Shown one piece after another: positions 24,201 to 37,325 of a stretch of 64,000 bases of DNA. Source of the stretch: Octopus sinensis (Eukaryota); contig NC_043000.1 in the NCBI RefSeq assembly GCF_006345805.1, positions 28,520,001 through 28,584,000 on the forward strand. Direction: 5' to 3'. The position numbers were made by a program, and so were the translations under genes. How positions within the stretch are numbered: the stretch's first letter is position 1; every line of letters starts with the position of its first letter. Below the pieces are notes generated by a model. The model had not been told where the DNA came from. It searched no databases and was given only the letters and a program-made list of their open reading frames with translations.

Positions 24201-25144
24201 ATACCTTTGTTATTCCCCCATCCCGTAACCACTTTGCAACCGCTACTGGTTTGTTTACGTCTCCATAACTTAGAAGTTCTGCAAAAGAAACCGATAGAAT
24301 AAGTACCAGACTTATAAACAAAACATAAGTCCTGGTGTCGACTTGTTCAACTAAACCCTTCGTGGCGTTGGTCGTGCATGGCCGTACTTTAATGAGTGAA
24401 ACAAAAGACAAAAGATGACAGACGAAATGGCTACAACACAGTGACAAACCAAGTCCTCCCACGTCCGCCATAATGCATTTTGACAAAGTGAAGCGATACA
24501 CTATTATCAACGATGGACATAACGAGCTTCCTTATTTATCAAGATTCAGAGGAAGAACTAATTAAAACTAATTAAAACACATTAGATGTTATCAAAGATC
24601 AAAATCTATTGATCAGAGACTGGTTATCATTTCCCGATAAAATTAATGTCATCGTTAACTACATTTGTTTTACGTTTTATGTTTTACTTGTGAGTGTCAT
24701 TGGACAGCGGCCATGCTTGGACATGAACTTGAATTGATTAGACCAAGGGTCAACGAACTGTTTTCACGGCGAGCCAGATGACTGAGAGATTGACGAGCGA
24801 AGCTGCATGACCATTTTGTTCAATGTAATACAGTGAATATACAAAAAATAAAGACAACAAATATATTTATTTACCAAAAGTTATCAAGGAAGGCGACGTT
24901 AGCAATAAGATAATTATATCACACCCAGTGCGCACATATCCGAATCCCATAAACTAAGCAGGGAAGAAAAGGTTAGTCAGATTTGTGAAACCTATGTTTA
25001 GCTGTTAATATATCATCAATATTTGCTTTGGAATTGCTGCATCCAACCAAGAGAATTGCTTTCAAATGCTTATCAGCCAACCTCGTTCGATGTACTGTCT
25101 ACACATACTTCGCTTTTGAAAATGTTTGGTCCCAGACATTTGTG

Positions 25145-25300
25145 GCATTCTATCGGCTACGATGACGAGGGTTCCAGTTGATCCGGTCAACGGAACAGAC
25201 TGCTCGTGAAATTAACGTGCAGGTGGCTGGGCGCTCCACAGACACGTGTACCCTTAACGTAGTTCTGGGGGAGATTCAGCGTGACACAGATAAAAATCGA
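25145..25300 (-). mobile_element. SINE family B tail fragment
   Basis: Matches 55620-55770. Confidence 0.75.
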
Positions 25301-25479
25301 TAAATATGGCAAGTGAAATGATTTTGGGGGTTCGTTCTGATATTGATAACTCACTGACAACTTCTGTTCACATCCCATTTTCATCGCTCTCATCCATTCT
25401 TTCTATTTCAATAAATATGAGTCCCTTCGAATTTCCTGATAATGAAAAACAATGAGCATAGTATTAAATTTTAAGGAAA

Positions 25480-25880
25480 ACTAGCAGTATAGCCCAGCGT
25501 TGCTCGGGCTTGTTTTCTTTTCGACCCTTTAGAATTGGAAGTTTTGAAAAGTAAAAATTTGGCATTATTTAGCTTGTAATTCTCTTTAAGTGAACATTTT
25601 TCTGGTTAATATACACCGAAAAATGACGACACAGCAGTCAAAAAATCGTAAAAAATAGAAAACTTTTCATAGACAAAAAGCACCTTTTTGATGTAAATAA
25701 TTTTTGGTGTTAATATGGTCCGATTTGAATTTTTTTCTTCTACGGATGGAAGAGCGAGCCTTCTTCTATCATACTCTCAATTTTGGTCAACATGCGCCGC
25801 AGGGTCTCGGAGGAGATAGTGTTAGTTGAAGGCTACCCAACCTGCCATACACAGACAACTTCAGCTTTATATCGAGAGAG
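25480..25880 (-). mobile_element. Helitron-like non-autonomous element
   Basis: Minus-strand 3' end: hairpin GCCCGAGC AAC GCT-GGGC followed by TATACTGCTAGT; 5' end ...ATATAAAGCTGAAGTTGTCTGTG. Confidence 0.55.
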
Positions 25881-26009
25881 ATTGATAATTGCAATGAAGA
25901 TGAAACGGAGTTTTCTCCCTTCGATACATGGCATAAACGTCTGGATAGAAACGTTAATTTGATTTTTCAAGCTCAATGCTAGTTCAGATGTCTTTTATTT
26001 TCTATCATT

Positions 26010-26233
26010 TTCGTATACCATTCGTTCGACTGTGGCCATGTTGGGGTATCGCCTTGAAGAGTACACGCGAACAAATCAGCTGTAGTATATATTCTTTTTA
26101 GCCTGGTACTTATTTTAACTATTTATTTTACAGGACATTTCAAGTCACCGGAACAGTGCCGCTTTTCAAGCGGTGTTGATGGAGACAATCACAAACAGAA
26201 ACACACACACAAACAAAAGTGCACTTACATATA

Positions 26234-26295
<62 letters not shown>

Positions 26296-26460
26296 ATATA
26301 TATATATATATATATATGATATATATATACGACGAGCTTCTTGATAGTGTCTATCAAATTCATTCTCACAGTTTCTAGGAGACCCTTGTCCAAGGTGCAG
26401 TGTAGTAGTACTGAACCCGAAACCACATAGTTGTAAAGCGTGCTTCTTTACCACACAGCT
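26010..26460 (-). mobile_element. SINE family C, degenerate
   Basis: GACGAGCTTCTT...GTCCAAGGTG...CTGAACCCGAAACCAC...TTACCACACAGC. Confidence 0.6.
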
Positions 26461-26493
26461 GTGGTATCGTAAAACCTCTCAGTAGACATTGAT

Positions 26494-27285
26494 TTAAAAT
26501 TTTGAGAAAAGGCCAACAATTTCGGGCGCGCCACTAAATCGATTATATCAACCTCAGTACTCAAATGGTTCTTATTTTATCGACTCCGAAAGGTTAAAAG
26601 GCAAGGCTGACCGCGGTGGAATATGAACTCAGGAGGTGAAGACGGATAAAATGCTGCAAGGCATTTTGCTCGCAGTACTAACGATTCTTATTTCTTTATT
26701 GCCCACAAGGGGCTACACATAGAGGGGACAAACAAGGACAGACAAACAGATTAAGTCGATTATATCGACCCTAGTGCGTAACTGGTACTTAATTTATCGA
26801 CTCCGAAAGGATGAAAGGCAAAGTCAACCTCGGCGGAATTTGAACTCAGAACGTAACGGCAGATGAAATACCTAACTCTTTACTGCCCACAAGGTGCTAG
26901 GCTACACACAGAGGGGACAAACAAGGACAGACAAACGGATAAAACGATTATATCGACCCCAGTGCGTAACTGGTACTTAATTTATCGACTCAGAAAGGAT
27001 GAAAGGTAAAGGCGGTATTTGAACTCAGAACGTAACGGCAGACGAAATACCTATTTCTTTACTACCCACAAGGGGCTAAACACAGAGAGGACAAACAAGG
27101 ACAGACAAACGGATTAAGTCGATTATACCGACTCCATTGCGTAACTGGTACTTATTTAATCGACCCCGAGAGGATGAAAGGCAAAGTCGACCTCGGCGGA
27201 ATTTGAACTCGGAACGTAGCGGCAGACGAAATACCGCTAAGCATTTCGCCCGGCGTGCTAACGTTTCTGCCAGCTCACCGCCTTA
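26494..27285 (-). mobile_element. Tandem array of four SINE-A units
   Basis: Core TCGACCCCAGTGCGTAACTGGTACTTAATTTATCGAC recurs about every 180-190 bp; complete head only at 27285. Confidence 0.9.
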
Positions 27286-27639
27286 GTATCAGTAAATATT
27301 GATAAGTGTTTTAAAGAGTGAAGTCGAACAATTGACGTGTTGGTCCCCATCTTCGCAGTTGGTTGTCATCTTGCTTTGCTTCTTATTTTTCTGTCAGGTT
27401 CCAAGTATTTAAATGAATTTTAATAAATCTAATTATAACATGAAATCAGTTGTTTATATTTATATCAGTATTTTAAAAAAATCCTTCCGCAATTTATTCT
27501 TTAGAACAGTCAGTTGAGGTTAAGAGTTTTTATGGCGATCCTTTATTAAGATAAAAACGTTTTATGTAAATATTGATATTGTGGTTAGCAGCATGATAAA
27601 CAGTGAAAAAGGAAATTGTTGCCATTGTTCATGTAAATA

Positions 27640-28000
27640 TTTGAAAGATGGAGTTTTCATCAATTAATAGGGTGCAGTTACCAACCTGCTGATTATGTGA
27701 AAACATTTTCTGAAACCAAGGAATAAAACCTTTAAGCATGATTGATTGATTATACTAAAGAAACAAAGCCTCCAACACAAAGCAAAATATTACGTAAGCT
27801 ATGTTTTTGTTTTGTTTTTTCAGGGTTGAAAAAATAAATTAAAAATCGATCTATAATTAAGGAGTTGATTGTAAAAGAAAGTAGCCGCTTTCAGAAATGA
27901 TTGGATGCATCTTACAAAATTCCAAGATTAATCGGCAAATCTGGAAAACCTTACATTAATGGTGAAGCTCTCGAATTACGTGAATGAGGTTATAAACGCT
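27640..28000 (+). pseudogene. hAT (Buster/Charlie-like) transposase relic
   Basis: 27901-27972 translates LDASYKIPRLIGKSGKPYINGEAL, resembling the Buster/ZBED5-type motif L.ASY.VS.LIAK.GKPHTIGE.LI (recalled). Confidence 0.45.
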
Positions 28001-28217
28001 GTGATTGTTCTCTGTAAAAGTAATAGACCGTCACTAATTCCATCTCATCAGTTGTTCAGTATCATCAACAAGGAATGAAGCTGCAAAGAGAAAATCGTTA
28101 ACCGAAACCACAGGCAATTCCTTATGGTGTGCAATGAAATAAGGTTTTCACACTTATATTATTCTCTCCTTTCGATCATCTCTAGTGAACAGTTCTTTGT
28201 GGATATCGTTTTTTTCA

Positions 28218-28812
28218 AAGGCGGCGAGATGGCAAAAACGGTAGCACGCTGGGCGAAATTCTTAGCGGTATTTCGTCTGCAGTTACATTCTGAGTTCAAA
28301 TTCCGCCGAGGTCGACTTTGCCTTTCATCTTTTCGGGGTCGATTAAATTAAGTACCAGTTACGCACTGGGGTCGATGTAATCGACTTAATCCGTTTGTCT
28401 GTCCTTGTTTGTCCCCTCTGTGTTTAGCCCCTTGTGGGTAGTAAAGAAATAGGTAATTCGTGTGTCTTTACGTTCCGAGTTCAAATTCCGCGAGGTCGAC
28501 TTTGCCTTTCATCCTTTCGGGGTCGATTAAATAAGTACCAGTTACGCACTGGGGTCTATGTATTCGACTTAATCCGTTTGTCTGTCCTTGCTTGTCATCT
28601 CTATGTTTAGCCCCTTGTGGGCAATAAAGAAATAAGAAACGGTAAGCACGCCGAGTGAAATGCGTAGCGGTACTTAGTGTTTCTTTACGTTCTGAGTTCA
28701 AATTCAGGCAAGTCGATAAATTAAGTACCAATTACGTACTGAGGTCGTTTTAATCGACTGGCCTCCTCCCCACAAAAATTTCAGGCCTTGTTTCTAGAAT
28801 AGAAAAGGATAT
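28218..28812 (+). mobile_element. Tandem array of three SINE-A units
   Basis: Full head, two tail-1 units, final tail-2 unit (AAAATTTCAGGCCTTGT..CTAGA.TAGAAAAG). Confidence 0.9.
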
Positions 28813-30479
28813 TGTTTTACTTTTTTTTTCTACCATTTTTGTCTTGGCTAAAACTATAATATCAACTCCTGCTACGTAGCCTTTGTGCTTTTAATTAAAA
28901 ACCCTTAATTGTTTTCAAAGCGAATTCTTCATCTCGACTAAGTGATTTTTGCGAATGACACTCCTTTCTTTACGTTGAAGGCGCCGATGGGGACAAAATT
29001 ATTAATTTTGCTAATTGCCAGTTTGTGGTAGTGGCACCATTACTGATATAGCAGATGTCTCCACAGTTACTGTTGCAATCATTTCATCGCAACTGTCGAA
29101 ATACAGTAGGGACTTTCACGTTAAGTAACAAAGGGAGTTTCCCTTCATTCTTTTTCCCTGGTTTTCTTGCATTCTCTTCCGCTATCACATGGCGTTACTG
29201 GTAAATCTTTCAATATTTTCAGAAGAATCTCCTTCAAATATATACTTTAAACGGATTTTGTTCCTTCACGGTCGGGGAAACAGAATAAGCTCACCTTTCT
29301 CCTCGTGGTTACTCTTGAAACAAGATGCTCAACAAAAATACAATATATCAAATCTGTTGTTCTTAAACCCGGATTTTCAGCCCAGCAAAAAAAACCAAAA
29401 CCATCTAATGAATATACACGTATGGAATGTATTTATATAGTACGTACGTCTGCAGCTACTTTATTCTCCCACTATATGAGACTATCATAGCATACACGTT
29501 TAATGTCTAGAGAGAAAATAGATCTGAATCCTCAGAGAGTAGCTTATTTAAGACGATACGTTTTGAAAACCAAATTTATTTCGAATATAGAAATAGAAGA
29601 CTTAAAATAAATAATACACAACAAAAAGACAAAGTATTTCAAGAGAAAACAATGGAAATACATACAACGAGAATAAAAATATTAAAGCTATAAACATTCA
29701 ATATGTAAATCTCGAAGCTTTAGAGAACAAAATACTACAAAATCTAACCTAAACATATCTAGAGAATATAGTCTAACAAAAGCTGAATGAGAATTATACA
29801 AACGAAAATATGAATATAAATATGACAAATACAAATATGAGAAAGATGTGAGATTAGAAAATTCTAAAGATAAAATTTATAAATAAGACAACAACGTAAA
29901 CGTGGAAATAGTTTAAAATTCAAATCGCTGGAGGATTTTCCTGTGAACCGACGAAAATTCCCTCAAGGGTAAATTTAGCAATAAATAAGAAGAATAAAAC
30001 AAAAGGTCAATTTATATAAAATGGAAGATAAAGAATGACAAATATATGGAGGATGAAGAGAGAACAACCCATGAATAAATGAAGGAAAAATATTAAAAGT
30101 TAAAATATCATGGTGAGACGCTCGCAAGACAGAACTAAACTGCTACGTGTCTAGTATTGGACGAAACTGAGCTAAACGAGGAGAAAGATGAAATTCAGTA
30201 CTGATTAAGCAATGTAAGAATGAAAGCCGAGACCGAAGTATTTTTGATTACGTGTCCTGATCAAATATTTAACACGGGAAACCACCAAATCCAAATAATG
30301 AGGCAAAATGTATAATAGTAATAGTCTGAATGTGTGGAGGTCGAAAAGAAGCAACGAAAGAAATCACCTTCTTAGAAGTTAAGCAGTATTAACCCAAAGA
30401 CATTATGTGTGTGTTCGTCTGTCTGTCTGTCTGTCTGTTTGCATAGGCATGCTAGCTTGGAACTTGAAATTAGTCAGCA

Positions 30480-30700
30480 TTATAGTAAGTTAGCAAAGTC
30501 GTTAGCGCGTCGAACAAAATGTTTAAGTGGTATTCATTCTGGCTCTGTACGTTCTGAATTCAGATACTGTCGCGGTGGACTTTGCCTTTCACCTTTCCGG
30601 AGTCGCTAAAAGTAAGTACGAGTTAAAAACTGAGATCGATGTACGCGACTTACACCCGCGCCTAAAATTGCTGGCCTTGTACCAAAACTTGAAAATATGA
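30480..30700 (+). mobile_element. SINE family A (tail 2), old
   Basis: GTACGTTCTGAATTCAGATAC...GACTTTGCCTTTCACC...AAAATTGCTGGCCTTGTACCAAAA. Confidence 0.6.
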
Positions 30701-30833
30701 TCGACATCTCGACAACGATGTAATGGTACAAGCATAGAGCTGAAAGTGAAGCAGACGGTAGAGAGAGTAAGTTAAATCATTCTAATATTGTCATCAGAGT
30801 CTATTAAGAATATATATTTCCAAACACGAGATA

Positions 30834-31081
30834 CAGTAATCCCTCGCCATATCGCGGTTCATCTACTGCGGTTCATCTACTGCGGTTCACCTATAGCGTT
30901 TTATTATTTAAGCTTACGTCGATCCTCCGTGGTGTTGTTTTGCATTTATAATAAAATAAATATATACAAATTGTAAAAAAAAAATTAAATATATATATAC
31001 AGTTCTGTTTCTACTTGGCGTATTACCACCTATCACGTGGGGTTTGGGATCGTAACACCCGCGATATTCGAGGGAGTACTG
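30834..31081. mobile_element. pogo/Tigger-like MITE (248 bp)
   Basis: TA|CAGTAATCCCTCGCCATATCGCGG ... CCGCGATATTCGAGGGAGTACTG|TA; internal 14-bp repeat GCGGTTCATCTACT. Confidence 0.82.
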
Positions 31082-31555
31082 TATCGGAATGGAAAAATTT
31101 CGATAAATATAAGCAAATGAAATATAGATAACTGGAATGTAGTGTTAAAAACGGAAACATTCCTTTTATAATAAGAGTTCCTATGGAAACTAGTAAAATA
31201 AAAATTGCTGACAAATACGGAATTTAAACCTGAGTAATCTTACATTAATCTTACGGAACATAGTATTTTTTAGTTGCATATACACATCAAACAGTAAGTT
31301 TTCAATACAACTGAACAGTTCAAAAACAAAGCGAAACATAGCTTATACCCAAGTATCACAAAGCTTTGCTCGATTGTGCTTTACAGTAAGCATTATAGTT
31401 AAAACTATGATAACAGTCGAATAGTATTTTAAACCCACAAATCTATGCTATTGGCCTAAATCCCCTTTTCATGCTCCGAGTAAGTGACGAGAAAAATTCA
31501 ATAATGATAGATACTATTATTATTTACGTGAATGAAGTCAGCTGCCGCTTCTTTC

Positions 31556-31785
31556 CGGTTCTCGTGGTGCGCTAATTCCTGCAAAAAATTGGTCTGAAAC
31601 GGAAACAATTGAAGAAAGCCATAAAGAAGTCAGGCACCGCAACTCGAAATAAGCGCGATTAGCGAAAGATCGGTTCTCGTGGTGCGCTAATTCCTGCAAA
31701 AATTGGTCTGATACTGAAACAATTGAAGAAAGCTGTAAAGAAGTCAGGCACTGCAGCTCGAAATAAGCGCGGTTAGCGAAAGACC
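31556..31785. repeat. Two-copy ~114-bp tandem repeat, possibly within a decayed hAT C-terminal region (minus, to ~32040)
   Basis: CGGTTCTCGTGGTGCGCTAATTCCTGCAAAAA at 31556 and 31671. Confidence 0.8.
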
Positions 31786-32712
31786 GCAGGTGAAAACCTT
31801 CTAGAAACGAAGACTAATTCAATCTCCGCTGTCGCACTCAGGCGAAGCGTACAGGAAAATGGATGAACGATTTTGATACTGAAAGACCTCCTAAAAATAC
31901 GAAAAGATTTCCATCGTTGCAATATATTCAGAAGAGCTTTCAAAACTTCTTCGAAATTCCTGCAGTTCTGTGTGGAAAGCATCTCCGATGTTTACTTCAC
32001 GTTTACACAGAAATATTTTACTATTGACACATTTAGCGAAAAAAATATTCTTTAACTAAAGCTACATTTTAGTTCCAGTGTACGTGCTATATAGAAAGAT
32101 ATAAACATTGGATGGATATAATAGTATAAATGTGAACAGGCTTATTCCTATACTTCAATTATGTGTCTCTGTTTTTCATTTTGTTCAGAAGGAATTTTGG
32201 TTTTCTTTGTTCACGAACGAGGATTTGTAAATAATTTCGAGTGTGTTAGCTGAAGTTTATGTGTTTATATGTGGTTGTGGAGTGAGATATTTCTGCCTGT
32301 TTAAAAGTATGATAGGTGTATTAGTGTGTGCTTTCATATGATTCATTTTGGTTTTGTGCGTGCGTTTTGTTCCTGATTCTATCAGAGAAAGGGGAGCATA
32401 ATAAACATTGTCAAAATAAATGAATAGATGAAAAAGCAAAATGATTGATGATTGGTATGAATGCACTGAAAGGTAGGAATATGGAAAGAAAGAATGAGAA
32501 CGCAAGCCAAATGAAAGGCCTGCAAAAGCTGGATCCATATAAGGATGTTTACAATACCTGATTAACTTGCTTAAAGGATGTGATTCATGTCTCTCAAAAC
32601 GTTATCATACATACACTTCGAACAGAATTTTAACGTTCATTTATTGCGAGTATAACCGATTTATGTTTGGTCACTTGCTTACACACTGGTTTGTCTTCGT
32701 TCACCTTATCCG

Positions 32713-32788
<76 letters not shown>

Positions 32789-34708
32789 GAGAGACAGAAA
32801 GTAACAGATTGAATGTTGTTGATTTCTTCATCGTCTTACAAAAGTAAATTAGCATTTTACCACATCAGAAAAGATCCGACGAGTTTTGTGTTTTTTGCAA
32901 CGTAAAATTTCGGTGACATTACTTTTAGGAAATAGCTTAAAATGAACGAAATGGCGTGTAGCAACTATGAGAGGAGAAAAGAGAAGCAACTTGTCAGAAG
33001 AAGAAACAAATAACAATTATCTATTTAAATGAGTTGGACTTATTTATGAAAGAAAACACAAAGTTACAATGCATAAGCTTACTTGTTAATACTAATTAAA
33101 ACATGACTAAAATAGAGAAAATGTCATGTTGCTAAGGATTGGGTGACTTAGGGCAAGGTGGATAAGGCTTTGTAAAGAGATGTATAATTTGTTGTGATGT
33201 TTCTGTCAAAATAACAGAGATTAATATCTTGATGCTCCAACATCGCTGGCTTAGCAAAGTTTATTCATTACACGTTCGTCGAATGATCACTAAAATGGAA
33301 TTCCACTCGAATTGTTTACACTTGCGGCTGGATGCAGAACTGATAACGTCCATACTAAAAGGCATTAAATCGGTGTAAAAGGTATTGTGAAGCAAAGCCA
33401 TTCATTACCTTGATAAATGTCAGCATCTCACCACGAACTGACATCCATAAATACGGGAATGTAGTGTCGTTTAAATACCTCGTTGTTCTGAAAGATTCCA
33501 CCGTTGATAAGAGAAACAACACTGAAATGGCTGTTGCATTTTGAATGCCTCGGTTACTTTATTTCTCCATGTCTTTATTTGTCCTTATCTAAGGAATTCT
33601 GATGAGTATGCGCATACACAAACGAACGAGCGACAACACGTATATACATATGTATCCATACACACACAAGTACACGTATACATATGTATGAATGTATGTG
33701 TGTATGTATGTATGTATATATGTATGTGTGTATGTATGTATATATATATATATCTTCAAGCCTGCATACATGCATATATGCATATGCAGATAGTTATTTC
33801 TAAACCATCAGAAATCCATAAGGCTTTTAGATGCATATACATGTGTGTATATACATGTGTGTATATACATGTGTGTATATACATGTGTATGTACATGCAT
33901 ACATACACAATTACATACATGCATACACAGACACAACCACCTCATCTAGACATACATTCATTACATGAACACATACACATATAGATGCATGGTTGCAGAC
34001 ATATAACTACTTTTACCTCATCTAAAACCTTTAAGAATTTTAAAGGTATGTACTATGAAGCCTTGAAGAATGCATAGTAAATGAGGATTGGGTCAAACAA
34101 CCACGGGAAAGGTCGAGATATATTTAAGTCGAAATAAGGTTGGCGAAACATTAACATACGATAACAGCCAATACTGACCAGGACTATTTCAGAAGTCGTG
34201 TTGAAGGGAGGAAAAGAGAAGCTGTCTCTCTAGATTAGCCTAATCTGTGATCCTTTACACTAAATCAGATGAAAGATTGTATATTTAAGTCCTAGCACGT
34301 ATACTTAACTACACAATTCTCTAACTGACAAATACATATCCTTTTTCATTCTATATATTCAAAACACAATTGTGAATTATTTTACACAGTAAAATAGGTA
34401 TCTAAGTTAAATATAGTGCTATTCGTAATCTCTTCATAATTAGGAGTCCCATAATTCTAGGTTTGTATAATGTTTACATTTGTGAGATATTACTGCTGCT
34501 ATTTTTTTATATTTTATTTCTGTCAGTCATTGGATTGCAGTCATGCTGGATCACCGGCTTAAAGAGTTTTAGTCCAGTACTTATATATTTTTCCAAGAGT
34601 GGTATTTTTATTCTCTCACTCTATTTCCTCTAACAACTTAGTCACGGGGACATAATCAAACTAACACCGGCGCTCTAGCGGAACAGGCATAGACACAAAG
34701 ACGCACAA

Positions 34709-34740
<32 letters not shown>

Positions 34741-34914
34741 ACACACCCACACACACGCACACACACACACACACAACACACACACACACACACACACACA
34801 TAGAGTATATAGATACGTACATACATTTAATTCGATGCAATGATTGCATTTATTCAATTAAATGGAGCCGCTTGAAGCGGTCGTACTGCATCACTTCTTA
34901 ATATCCTGTTACCC

Positions 34915-34993
<79 letters not shown>

Positions 34994-35128
34994 CACGGGC
35001 TGCCGCACATCTTTCACACACAAAGCATTCATCAGCTTGTGGCTATCACAGACGACATTTGTCCAAAGTGCCGCACAGTGGCACTGAACCTGCAAAGCAA
35101 CCTCTTTAACTACACACCCATATATGTA

Positions 35129-35200
<72 letters not shown>

Positions 35201-35202
<2 letters not shown>

Positions 35203-35411
35203 TTTAATTCTTTCAATTGTTTCAGTCATTTGATTGCGACCATGTTGGAGCACCGCCTCTAGTCGAGTAAATCAACCCCAAGACGTATTCTTTGTATCTA
35301 GTGCGTGTATTCTATCAGTCTCTTTTGTTGAACCGCTAGATTACGGAACGTAAATGCACCAGTATCACTTATCAAGATTTGGGGACGAATACACACACAA
35401 ACATATAGACC

Positions 35412-35449
<38 letters not shown>

Positions 35450-35598
35450 CGACGGGCTTCTTTCAGTTTCCGTCAACCAAATCTACTCACAAGTCTGAGG
35501 CTATAGTAGAAGACACTTGCTGAAGGTATCACGTAGTGAGACCGAACCCGGAACCACGTGATTTGTAAGCAAGCTACTTGCCACACAGCCACTCCTGC
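35201..35598 (-). mobile_element. SINE family C
   Basis: Family consensus. Confidence 0.8.
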
Positions 35599-35965
35599 TC
35601 TCATACATATATATTTGTACACACACACAATGACACACATACACACTCACACATACACACACACACACAAACACACACACATATATATCTCATTTCAAAG
35701 TATGGAATCATGGATCGTTTTACCCATTCGAAGGGGTTTTGTGGTGTGCTACACACCACAAATGACTAAACTATCGGAACTTACATACCATGTACAGTAA
35801 ACATTTTTACCACTTCTATACACCACTTAACTGCAACGACAATATTTTATGTCATTTGTACTTTCATTCTTTTATTTCCCTCTATTTTCCCTCTATTTTC
35901 CCTATCTCCTCCCTTTCCATAAAAATTTCCTTACTTCAAACTCGAATACTTACTTCCCTCACATC

Positions 35966-36013
35966 GTCTCTGAAGAAGTCGTATCCATAATATCACAGAA
36001 ACATCTGTAAGAC
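35966..36013 (+). ncRNA. Degenerate minimal type-I hammerhead motif (Penelope-like)
   Basis: GTCT CTGAAGA AGTCGTATCCATAATATCACA GAAAC ATCT GTA AGAC; stem I GTCT/AGAC intact, stem II has 2 mismatches, loop ATCT is not palindromic. Confidence 0.5.
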
Positions 36014-36074
36014 TATATCGCTTTCCTTATATGTCCCTTGAATCACTCTGTTCTTGAACTTATTTCATCTTTCA

Positions 36075-36405
36075 TCTGCGTGTGCGTGCGTGTGTGTGTG
36101 TGTGTACGTGTGTCTGTATGTGTCTGTGCGTGTGTGTGTGTGTGTGTACGTGTGTGTGTATGTGTGTGTGCATGCATATATTTGTGTGTGTTAGCAGGTG
36201 TGTGTTTGTGTGTATGTGTGTGTGTGCGCGCGTATGTGTATGTGTGTGCATGTATTTGTATGTGTGTCTATGTGTGTGTTTGTGTGTGTGTTAGAGTCTG
36301 TGTTTGTATGCGTGAGTTTGTGTGTGTGTGTGTGTGCGTGAGCCTGCGTGTGTGCGTGTGTGTGTATGTATGTATGTGTGTGTTGATTACTCATATCTAA
36401 AGTTC
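36075..36405. repeat. Imperfect (GT)n tract
   Basis: Direct reading. Confidence 0.95.
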
Positions 36406-36591
36406 TTGCTCGAATGAGAACACTCACTTATGTAAGACAGCGCTTTGTTATCACGCTTTGTTATCATTGAGTAAGACGAACAGAAAATATGACCTGTAAT
36501 CGAGAGTATTTGGTAAAATCGCTAAAGCGTCGAATAACGTGCCTTCTGGTTTTGAATTATTGCTGTTCTATTCCTACCAAGGCTAGTTTTG

Positions 36592-36848
36592 GGATCTTTT
36601 AACTTTGACCGGCAGATTTTTTTAATAATTTTTAAAATAAATTCACCTCAATAGACGTCATTGATTGGTTGAAATTGCCGAAATGCAAGAAATTTGACAA
36701 CAAATTGCTTACAAACTACAGAATTTTTTCAAGAAAGCCAAGGGAAAAAGATGTTTTATGTAACACATTCTACCAGTATACGAAGTTTAAAAGTGTTTAG
36801 TTACAAAGAAATTATTTAAAAAATCTGCCGGTCAAAGAGAAAAGATCC
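36592..36848. mobile_element. GGATC-terminal MITE (short form)
   Basis: TIRs GGATCTTTT..TTTGACCGGCAGATTTTT / AAAAATCTGCCGGTCAAAGAGAAAAGATCC; flanks TAGTTTTG / CAGTTTTG. Confidence 0.85.
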
Positions 36849-36894
36849 CAGTTTTGCGCTTGAGCTTCTCGAGAGCAATAAAATAAAGTACCTG

Positions 36895-37325
36895 GGATCC
36901 TTTCGGTTTGAACGGCAGTTTTTTCTAGCGGTGTCATATGAAATTGTCACCCATAATTATGACCCTAGTATCGATCTATTGCATTTCAATCTATTTTAGG
37001 GTTAGGGTTAGTTAGGGTTAGGGTTAGGGTGGGGGGAAGGGTATCTTTTTTTCTTCACAAATGTAAATAAACCAAATCTGTTTCTTAAACGAAGGACATA
37101 TTCATGCGGCACAGAATGTTTTTTACCTCAATACACGTCATTGATTGGTTGAAATTGCAGAAATTGAAGAAAAAAAAACAAATATCTTACAAACTATAAA
37201 ATTTTCTCAATAAATCCAAGAGAAAAAGATGTTTTATAAACACATTCTTCCAGTATACGAAGTTTAAAATTTTTTTAGTTACCTAGAAATTATGTTAAAA
37301 ACTGCCGTTCAAACCGAAAAGATCT
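36895..37325. mobile_element. GGATC-terminal MITE (long form) with (TTAGGG)n-like tract
   Basis: TIRs of about 30 bp; flanks AGTACCTG / AGTGCCTG; TTAGGG tract at 36996-37041. Confidence 0.9.

Noticed and set aside
26494-27285. Regularly spaced repeats suggestive of a CRISPR array
   Set aside because: Units are ~185-bp SINE monomers without unique spacers, the context is eukaryotic and there are no cas genes.
29500-30200. A-rich stretch that may be an ancient LINE ORF (similarly 4050-4250 and 56050-56560)
   Set aside because: Too decayed to translate into any diagnostic motif.
32900-33540. Possible DNA-transposon/Helitron coding relic
   Set aside because: Many stops, and no motif I can name with confidence.
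36996-37041. Chromosome end or fusion scar from TTAGGG repeats
   Set aside because: The tract is short and internal to a MITE present in three copies.
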